DNA of 32,000 nucleotides from Gammaproteobacteria bacterium (GTDB lineage Bacteria; Pseudomonadota; Gammaproteobacteria; JBIOEC01): NCBI GenBank assembly GCA_965279305.1, contig OZ257143.1, positions 480,001 to 512,000 of the forward strand, read 5' to 3'. Shown piece by piece: positions 25,472 to 32,000 of this stretch (position 1 is its first letter; each line of letters starts with the position of its first letter). The notes under the pieces were generated by a model. It saw only the letters and a program-made list of their open reading frames with translations, ran no database searches and was not told where the DNA came from. The position numbers and the translations under genes were made by a program.

Positions 25472-26568
25472 GATAGACTCTCCAACATTTTATAAACCAT
25501 TTTTCCAGTGCGTATAAATGGGCCTTTTACTACCTGCATGGGCAACCATTGCCCACGAATTTCTACTTCACAATGCGACTGCGTAGAAACAGGAATACGT
25601 GCAAAACCAATTCCCTTTTCTAATATAGGAGAAAAACTTCCGCTCGTCACTTCGCCTTCTCCGGTATCTGTTTTTACTTTTTGATGATTTCTCAAAACCC
25701 CTTTCACATCTAATAATACATGTACGAGCTTTTGTTTAATTCCTTGGGCACGTTGCTCTTCTAATGCTTTGCGGCCAATAAAATTCCTGTCTGCAGGTTC
25801 CCATGCGATAGTCCAAGCTAAATTAGATTCTAATGGTGTGACACTTTCATCCATATCAGAACCATATAAATTTAACCCAGCTTCTAACCGCAGCGTATCA
25901 CGCGCACCTAAACCAGCGGGTTTTACGCCTGCCTCTAATAATTTATTCCAAAAGTCTGATATTTTTTCAGCAGGTAATAAAATTTCATAGCCTGCTTCGC
26001 CTGTATAGCCTGTGCGCGCAATCCAACCATCATAAAATTGAGACACTTCAAACGATTGTAATGTTTTTATTTTATTTTGTAACTCAGCAGGAAGTAGCGA
26101 TTGTACTATTTGCGGAGCAGCAGGACCCTGCACGGCAATCATCGCCAAATCCGTTCGTTCGATAATGTGTACGTTAAAGGAAGAAGCCTGGTGCTTCAAC
26201 CAAGCCAAATCTTTTTCTCGAGTGGAAGCATTCACAATCATCAAATAATAATCAGGGTTGATAGAATAGACTATTAAGTCATCAATCACACCACCCTGTT
26301 CATTCAGCATACAACTATAAAGTGCTTTACCAGGACTAGACAGTTTAGCTACGTCGTTAGCTAATAAATGGCGTAAGAAGGCAGTAGAATTATTTCCTTT
26401 AATATCAACAACAGTCATATGAGAGACATCGAACATGCCGGCATGTTGTCTTACTGCAAGATGTTCATTTAGTTGAGATCCATAATGCACAGGCATTTCC
26501 CACCCCGCAAAGTCCACCATTTTTCCGCCCAAGCGTAAATGATCAGCATGCAGAGGAGTTTTGCGCAT
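25468..26568 (-). CDS. gcvT: Glycine cleavage system aminomethyltransferase T
   Basis: RKTPLH...[18 protein letters not shown], then [18 protein letters not shown] and [15 protein letters not shown]. Confidence 0.95.
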
Positions 26569-26661
26569 AAATTCTACATCCCTATAAATAACAAACCACG
26601 GACGGGTTTTTGAAAGATATCAAAGTAATACGTGCATAGTTTATCAAAAATTATGCTTGTC

Positions 26662-27864
26662 TCATAGCGGGGCGCCAAACACCGCTTTTCGCATTAATTT
26701 TTTCTTTAGAAAGGTAATTTGATTCAGCGTTTGCATGCCTATTTGTCTAATTTTTGCAATCGCTGTATTTTTTTGGCTGAATAACCATTGATAATGACTC
26801 ATGGTTTTTAACATCACATCATTATGCCAACGACGTGCTCGCTCAAAACGACGTAAATTTTCATATCGTCCATAATCGCGATGTTTTTTTCGCGTATCAA
26901 TAATCACTTCGGCTAGTGATTGAGCATCCCATAATCCTAAATTTAATCCTTGTCCCGCTAAAGGATGTATGGTGTGTGCTGCATCACCAATTAAAGCTAC
27001 GCGATCGCAAACATAATTTTTGGTATGACGTTCCACTAACGGAAAAGCCACTCGTACTGCATCAACGTGCAACTCACCTAAACTATCACCCCATGTTTTT
27101 TTCAATACATGATTGAAATCATCGTTTAATAATGATTTTAAATATTTTACATATTCAGGATCACCTGACCATACCAAAGCAGAGCAATAAGGATCTGCCA
27201 TAGGTAAAAAAGCAATAATATTATTGCCTGAAAATATTTGTCTTGCGCATTCATTATGAGAATGTGAATGACGTACTTTAGCCATTAAAGCCGTGTGATT
27301 ATAGGGTCTTTCTTTTAAAGAAAAATAAAATTGCTCTCTCACCCAAGAGGATGCACCATCGGCACCCACCACTAATGAAGCTTCATAGGTTTGATTAGCC
27401 AACACAATTTTTACTGTTTTATCATTTAGAATTAAAGCTTGCGCAGTTGCTGATCGTATTACGGTTACATTTATAAATTCATTTAATCTTTCAAATAACG
27501 CCAAATTCAATAATGCATTGGGAAGAATATAACCTAAGGTAGGAATACCCAAATCCGCGCTATCAAAAGAAATGCTGGAATTCATCGAGGTACTGTCACT
27601 TTCATCTTCCCACACATGCATAGTGCGAAAAGCACCAATATGTTTTTTAGGAATTTTTTCCCACACTTTCATTTTTTCTAACCATTGCTGGCAACTATAA
27701 GTAATAGAACTGGTACGTAAATCATTAGCCGCAAGATTAGGATCAATAGGCGATTGGTTATCTAATAAAACCACTTTAAAATCAGCCTGACCTAACTCGC
27801 ACGCTAATGCAGCGCCTACAATTCCACCACCTACAATAATAATATCAGTTTTAATATTCGTCAT
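26662..27864 (-). CDS. ubiI: FAD-dependent ubiquinone-biosynthesis hydroxylase, UbiI/UbiF (VisC) type
   Basis: IIVGGGIVGAAL Rossmann motif, GADGASSW, and ALIGDAAHTIHPLAGQGLNLG. It lies immediately after ubiH (stop and start abut), as in the E. coli pepP-ubiH-ubiI order. The symbol rests on synteny only. Confidence 0.75.
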   Translation of the reverse strand: MTNIKTDIIIVGGGIVGAALACELGQADFKVVLLDNQSPIDPNLAANDLRTSSITYSCQQWLEKMKVWEKIPKKHIGAFRTMHVWEDESDSTSMNSSISFDSADLGIPTLGYILPNALLNLALFERLNEFINVTVIRSATAQALILNDKTVKIVLANQTYEASLVVGADGASSWVREQFYFSLKERPYNHTALMAKVRHSHSHNECARQIFSGNNIIAFLPMADPYCSALVWSGDPEYVKYLKSLLNDDFNHVLKKTWGDSLGELHVDAVRVAFPLVERHTKNYVCDRVALIGDAAHTIHPLAGQGLNLGLWDAQSLAEVIIDTRKKHRDYGRYENLRRFERARRWHNDVMLKTMSHYQWLFSQKNTAIAKIRQIGMQTLNQITFLKKKLMRKAVFGAPL

Positions 27865-29067
27865 TTACAATGAAACCCCTCGAACTAACTTGGCTTGTTT
27901 CCCTGAAAGCCCCATAGCACGTTGAATAAATCGTTTTTTTATAAAAGACATTTTATCAAAAAGGCTTAATCCCACATTCCATAATAAACCCTGCGTGATA
28001 AATTGACTCAACTCAACAATACCATGAGTATAGTGTTGAACTTTTTCATGATCATCTTTTATTTTTTCACTATATTTTTTCAGCACATTCACCTGCCCAA
28101 TATCGGATTCTTTTTCTTGGGTCAATACTTCTGCTAGCCACGCTACCGATCTCAACGCTAAATTCAGCCCCTGTGCCGCTACAGGATGTAATGTGTGTGC
28201 TGCATTGCCCATCATGACTACTCTAGGTCGAATATATTCTGATGTTTTGGTTGCCACTAAGGGATAACTAGAACGCTCGCCTAATTGAATATTTTTACCC
28301 CAATAATGCCCCATTTGTTTTTTTAATTCTAACAAATAGTCTTCTGCTGATAAAGCCAGCAAGGTATTGGCATGCTCAGTTGTAGCTGTCCATACCACGC
28401 CAAATTCTTTTTCTCTGACAGGGAGTAATGCGATTACCCCATCGGGTGTAAAACGTTCATAAGCTTGCTGATGATGTAACAGATCAGTTTTTAACGTGGT
28501 TACAATGGCAGTTTGCTGATAATCATGCTGCTCTTGATGTATATGCAGTTGTTTAGCAATAAAACTTTGGCTTCCATCAGCGGCTACCAATAATTTAGAA
28601 TTAAAAACTAATAATTGTGAACCTTGCTTTACAGTGAGTTGGGCATGAGAATCATTTATTTTTACGTACTCTACGCTGCAAGAAGGATATAAGCTTAAAC
28701 CTGACAGTGTTTTGGCACTTTCCATTATTTCAAAAGCTAATTGTTGAGCGGGAACAACATATCCTAATGCAGAATAATTCACTTCAGAAGCTCGTAAATG
28801 AGTTTTAGAAAAAACACCGCGTCTTGATATATGCACAGCTTTTATCGGAGTGGCATGAACTGCTATTTTTTCCCACAACCCTAATGTTTTTAATAGCTCA
28901 TAACTGCTGGCGCTTAATGCTAAAGATCGACCATCAGTCGATGATGCTACCGTTAATGATTTAGCATCAATAATTGCAATACGTAATCCATGTCCATGAA
29001 GCGCGTGAGCTAATATCAGACCTACTAATCCACCACCCACAATGACTACATCATATGAAGCATTCAT
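27865..29067 (-). CDS. ubiH: 2-octaprenyl-6-methoxyphenol hydroxylase UbiH
   Basis: VVIVGGGLVGL, DGRSLALSASS, VHISRRG, AADGSQS, ERSSYPL and MGNAAHTLHPVAAQGLNL all parallel E. coli UbiH. ATGA overlap with the pepP stop. Confidence 0.85.
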   Translation of the reverse strand: MNASYDVVIVGGGLVGLILAHALHGHGLRIAIIDAKSLTVASSTDGRSLALSASSYELLKTLGLWEKIAVHATPIKAVHISRRGVFSKTHLRASEVNYSALGYVVPAQQLAFEIMESAKTLSGLSLYPSCSVEYVKINDSHAQLTVKQGSQLLVFNSKLLVAADGSQSFIAKQLHIHQEQHDYQQTAIVTTLKTDLLHHQQAYERFTPDGVIALLPVREKEFGVVWTATTEHANTLLALSAEDYLLELKKQMGHYWGKNIQLGERSSYPLVATKTSEYIRPRVVMMGNAAHTLHPVAAQGLNLALRSVAWLAEVLTQEKESDIGQVNVLKKYSEKIKDDHEKVQHYTHGIVELSQFITQGLLWNVGLSLFDKMSFIKKRFIQRAMGLSGKQAKLVRGVSL

Positions 29068-30359
29068 TTCATTACTTTCTCAATCTCATCTATCTTTTTA
29101 GGCGCTCTATCACTGAGCACATGACATCCTTTCTCTGTAATTACTACATCATCTTCTATTCGAATACCTATATTATGCCATTTGCTATCCACACCCGATT
29201 CGGGGCGAATATAAATACCAGGCTCTACTGTCATCACCATTCCGGTTTCTAATGCACGCCAATCAGCAGGATCATTAGCCATATTTTTATAAGAGCCAGA
29301 ATCATGAGTATCTAAGCCTAACCAATGACTGCAACCATGCATATAAAAAGGTAAATAGGCTTTTTTCTCTAATAATTCTTCTACATTTCCTTTTAACAAT
29401 CCTAAATCCACTAAACCTTCTGTGATCACTTTCGTTGCTATTTTTTGTGCAACGCCATAAGATGCGCCTGGTTTTAGTTCATTAATAACCGATAACTGAG
29501 CAGTTAATACAATATTATAAATGGCTCGCTGCTCCGCTGTAAATTTTCCATTCACCGGAAATGTTCGCGTAATATCAGCCGAATAGTTTTGATATTCTGC
29601 GCCCGCATCCACTAATACCAATTCGCCTGGTTTTAGTTCCGATTGATTTTGTGTGTAATGCAATATGCACGCATTGGAGCCAGTAGCAATAATGGGCGGA
29701 TACGCAGGTCCATTACCACCTTCTTTGATAAAAATATATTCGTATTCTGCGGCTAATTCATACTCAAACATTCCTGGCTTGCACACTTGCATTCCACGAA
29801 TATGTGCGTTAACACTAATATCAACTGCCTTTTGTAAACAAGCAATTTCTTCGGCTGTTTTACGCAAACGTAATTCGTTTAAATAAGGAACCAAATCTTG
29901 CGCGGGCGTAGGCTTTAATAGTTCACTGAACCAACTGTATTGTCCTTTAGGATAATAAATATTTTTTTGATCGCCTAAAAAGTCTCTCAGCTTGGCATTC
30001 AGATCTGAGATAGGATATGCCGCATTGGCCGCTAAGGTGGTTTTTGCACCCTCAATACCTAAACGTTTTCCATTCCACAATTCTTTTTCAGGATCATTAG
30101 GCCTTACAAACATAATATATTCTGGTTTTTTTGAAGCATCCGTACGCAACATCATTACAGCATCAGGCTCTGAAAAACCGGTTAAATAATATAAATAACT
30201 ATTTTGTCTAAAAGGATAATGAACATCTCCATTTCGGATCTGCTCGCGAGCACCCGGGATTAACAATATTGAATTCGCAGGCAACAGCTCCGCTAATTGC
30301 AATCTTCTATCAGCATAAAATTGCTGTGATAAATATGTATGAGAGGTGGCCGGTTTCAA
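29064..30359 (-). CDS. pepP: Xaa-Pro aminopeptidase (aminopeptidase P)
   Basis: M24B pita-bread fold motifs: VDAGAEYQNYSADITRTFP, HGCSHWLGLDTHD, VEPGIY and IRIEDD. ATGA overlap with the ygfB stop. Confidence 0.93.
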   Translation of the reverse strand: MKPATSHTYLSQQFYADRRLQLAELLPANSILLIPGAREQIRNGDVHYPFRQNSYLYYLTGFSEPDAVMMLRTDASKKPEYIMFVRPNDPEKELWNGKRLGIEGAKTTLAANAAYPISDLNAKLRDFLGDQKNIYYPKGQYSWFSELLKPTPAQDLVPYLNELRLRKTAEEIACLQKAVDISVNAHIRGMQVCKPGMFEYELAAEYEYIFIKEGGNGPAYPPIIATGSNACILHYTQNQSELKPGELVLVDAGAEYQNYSADITRTFPVNGKFTAEQRAIYNIVLTAQLSVINELKPGASYGVAQKIATKVITEGLVDLGLLKGNVEELLEKKAYLPFYMHGCSHWLGLDTHDSGSYKNMANDPADWRALETGMVMTVEPGIYIRPESGVDSKWHNIGIRIEDDVVITEKGCHVLSDRAPKKIDEIEKVMK

Positions 30360-30943
30360 TGTAGGGTTTTACCTTCTTTTTCTTGTTGCATAAAACTTTC
30401 AGATAATTCTCGCTGAACCAATAGCACAGCAATGCGAACATACTCAATAATAGCAGTAAGCGCTTTTTCTTGTGCTTCATGTGCATCGATTTTATGATCC
30501 ACATCTGCAATGGCTTGCAAATCGCCCATGGCTTCATCCACTTGTGTTTGAGCTTTACCTAATAATCCACCCAAATAATTTCCAAACAATTCTACTCCTC
30601 CAACAAATCCTTTACACCATATGCCAATAGCATGCGCGCGTTCAGCAATAACGTCTTCATCTTCGGGAAGAAATGGTTCAAAACGATATTCTGCATCGCG
30701 TAAACTCAGCAAGGTTGCCGCTTGAATTTCTAATAATTCTTTTTTTATTTCGGGAATAAACGTATCCCATAATTTATCATCTCCGCCACTAGCCTGCATA
30801 ATCCATTCTTGAGCAGTAGTATTAGGGTTACATACCAATAAACCACAGAGTAGACCATGCATTTGAGCAGGCTCTATAAAAATATGACACTTTAATAATA
30901 AGTCACCGACTTGTTCATAGGATGGAAGCTTTTCAATACTCAC
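30356..30943 (-). CDS. ygfB: UPF0149 family protein YgfB
   Basis: Aligns by eye to E. coli YgfB (PAQMHGLLCGLL, IIEYVRIAVLL, C-terminal KTLH). The ORF-track start at 30949 is a TTG only 2 nt from the AGAGGG Shine-Dalgarno. The GTG at 30943 (MSIEKLPSYEQ) has 8-nt spacing, so I prefer it. Confidence 0.85.
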   Translation of the reverse strand: MSIEKLPSYEQVGDLLLKCHIFIEPAQMHGLLCGLLVCNPNTTAQEWIMQASGGDDKLWDTFIPEIKKELLEIQAATLLSLRDAEYRFEPFLPEDEDVIAERAHAIGIWCKGFVGGVELFGNYLGGLLGKAQTQVDEAMGDLQAIADVDHKIDAHEAQEKALTAIIEYVRIAVLLVQRELSESFMQQEKEGKTLH

Positions 30944-31052
30944 GAGCAATACCCTCTTTACATGTTATTACATATTATACCATTGAACTTCTTCTGAAAG
31001 ATCCCTACAATTTACCCTAGAGATTTTATTCCCTTTTATATGGAAATAGCTT

Positions 31053-31328
31053 ATGAGCAAGAAAACGTTAGTTAACATCCAAGTCCTTAATAAAGAGCTT
31101 GCCATTATCTGCCCTACCAATGAAAAAGCCGATCTTTTTGCTGCTGCCGCCTATCTTGATAAAAAAATGCAAGAAGTACGTAAGCTTAGCAAAACATTGG
31201 ATCTTGATCGAATTGCTATTACCGCTGCTTTAAATATCGTACAGGAACTATTAAATTTACGCCAACAACCCTCTGAATCTAAAGAACATTATCCTGTACA
31301 GCTAAAAATATTTTCAGATAACGGTTAG
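31053..31328 (+). CDS. zapA: Cell division Z-ring-associated protein ZapA
   Basis: 91 aa, with IQVLNKELAIICPTNEKADLFAAAAYLDKKMQEVRK paralleling the E. coli ZapA N-domain. Divergent from ygfB and directly upstream of 6S RNA, which is the conserved ygfB/zapA-ssrS-ygfA locus. Confidence 0.85.
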   Translation: MSKKTLVNIQVLNKELAIICPTNEKADLFAAAAYLDKKMQEVRKLSKTLDLDRIAITAALNIVQELLNLRQQPSESKEHYPVQLKIFSDNG

Positions 31329-31407
31329 TACTATAGATGAATGATGTTTAGTGTTAGGTCAGAAAGGCGTTAAAAGCCGTATAAAACGTGTTTTTTTCAG
31401 AGAGCTA

Positions 31408-31416
31408 TGGTATAGT
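31408..31416 (+). promoter_or_regulatory. Extended -10 promoter element (TGGTATAGT) for ssrS
   Basis: A TGn-TATAGT element at 31408-31416 places +1 near 31423-31424. That coincides with the first base of the predicted 6S closing stem. The -35 (GTGTTT) is poor, as is common for extended -10 promoters. Confidence 0.4.
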
Positions 31417-31423
31417 TGTAAGT

Positions 31424-31625
31424 GGGCGGTTCTGCTGGCCCGACAGCTATCAGTTACGTCTTGAGCCGATGTTTATAAAAGACTAGGGACTCGAACCAGA
31501 ACACCGTTGTGCAAGCCTTCATTACCTTTGGGTAATAAGAAGGAAGCCTGAAGTGTTACTTTTGATTCCCGCCTTGGACCAAAAGGGTTCAGGCGTCCGG
31601 TTAGCAACGGCAAGGTGGAACCCCC
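31424..31625 (+). ncRNA. ssrS: 6S RNA (RNA polymerase-sigma70 sequestering regulatory RNA); ends approximate (+/-10 nt)
   Basis: Located between zapA and ygfA, as in E. coli. The conserved 5' bubble-flank CUUGAGCCGAU is at 31461-31470. An apical hairpin is formed by CCTTCATTACC/GGTAATAAGAAGG. The 3' element CCUUGGACCAAAAGGGUUCAGG is at 31571-31592 (compare E. coli CCUUGAACCAAGGGUUCAAGG). The closing stem pairs GGTTCTGC (31428-31435) with GTGGAACC (31615-31622, including G-U pairs). Confidence 0.8.
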
Positions 31626-31633
31626 ATTTATTT

Positions 31634-32000
31634 ATGTCATCTATTATGACTCCAGATTTTAATAGCAAAGCTGATTTGCGTCAGCGTCTACGACAACAAC
31701 GGCAATCATTAAACACCGCCGTTCGTGAAAAAAACTCCCACGACATTATTCAACAATTAACTCATTCTGCGTTATTTGAAAAAAGCCTAAATATTATTTT
31801 ATATTTGCCTAATGATAATGAAGTAGATCTTACCCCCTTATTGACGTTACATTCGGATAAAAATTATTTTCTGCCTTGTTTAACCCCTGAAAAAATCCTG
31901 TTTTTTAAAGCCTATTCTAGCAATGCTGATTTATCCCCTAACTCACTAGGGATCCCGGAACCTACAGAAGGAGCTATTATTTCCGCTGAAAACGCTGATT
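31634..32000 (+). CDS. ygfA: 5-formyltetrahydrofolate cyclo-ligase (YgfA/Fau), N-terminal part; continues beyond the window
   Basis: The frame is open from the ATG at 31634 to the window end. It is absent from the ORF track because it has no stop. Translation: MSSIMTPDFNSKADLRQRLRQQRQSLNTAVREKNSHDIIQQL...ILYLPNDNEVDLTPLL...YFLPCL...LGIPEP. The K..LR...R..L and xxExD motifs fit the family, and it lies directly after 6S RNA. Confidence 0.85.
   Translation, partial: MSSIMTPDFNSKADLRQRLRQQRQSLNTAVREKNSHDIIQQLTHSALFEKSLNIILYLPNDNEVDLTPLLTLHSDKNYFLPCLTPEKILFFKAYSSNADLSPNSLGIPEPTEGAIISAENAD

Noticed and set aside
26569-26661. Possible glycine riboswitch or leader upstream of gcvT.
   Set aside because: The 93-nt interval lacks the conserved glycine-aptamer core strings (GGAGAG ... 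CACCG ... GGGCAA-type) and is too short for a tandem aptamer. It contains only a weak 5-bp hairpin (AAACC/GGTTT, 26594-26610). At most that could be a feeble terminator for the upstream ubi operon.
12886-30537. Further nested or bridging small ORFs: 12886-13074, 13503-13766, 17002-17187, 18583-18774, 18943-19218, 21224-21415, 21246-21431, 22247-22438, 24056-24238, 24880-25143, 25769-25990, 26916-27116, 29055-29252, 29665-29886, 29992-30189, 30310-30537.
   Set aside because: The reasoning is the same as above. 13503-13766 merely runs antisense through the transporter 5' end and the divergent promoter. 30310-30537 spans the pepP/ygfB junction out of frame.
1-32000. Mobile-element, prophage, CRISPR or defence-island signatures.
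   Set aside because: I saw no integrase, transposase or recombinase-like ORF, no tRNA/tmRNA attachment site, no terminal inverted repeats flanking the orphan genes, and no regularly spaced direct repeats. The orphan genes do not show nuclease, ATPase or other motifs typical of known defence systems that I can recognise by eye.

Overview
The window is an AT-rich gammaproteobacterial chromosomal core segment with about 30 CDS and one ncRNA. I found no rRNA, tRNA, CRISPR array, IS element, integrase or phage gene.

Recognisable genes, in order:
- lptD(partial)-surA-pdxA
- An inverted rsmA-ispA pair, then apaH
- An aa3-type cytochrome c oxidase operon, coxB-coxA-ctaG-coxC
- A CorC/HlyC-type CBS transporter coupled to a tiny twin-TM protein
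- An lpxL / GT-C-like membrane protein / SDR sugar-epimerase operon
- A membrane-anchored alpha/beta hydrolase
- The glycine cleavage operon gcvT-gcvH-gcvPA-gcvPB, with split P protein
- ygfB-pepP-ubiH-ubiI
- zapA-ssrS(6S RNA)-ygfA(partial)

The split GcvP, the AT-richness and several large orphan proteins fit a Legionellales-like intracellular lineage. That is inference; I cannot run a search to confirm it.

Three stretches are not explained by housekeeping annotation:
1. A 686-aa orphan with a long Ser/Ala/Pro-rich linker sits at a synteny breakpoint of the surA-pdxA-rsmA-apaH locus.
2. A roughly 4-kb module (18213-22230) is grafted onto the 3' end of the gcv operon. Two diverged paralogous small lipoproteins bracket an opposite-strand 472-aa orphan, next to a 423-aa orphan with two bilobed hydrophobic blocks. 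This is the most interesting stretch.
3. The lpxL / GT-C / epimerase cluster is a candidate lipid A or LPS glycan modification module.

All family calls come from reading motifs in the supplied translations. No database search, fold prediction or composition calculation was possible.
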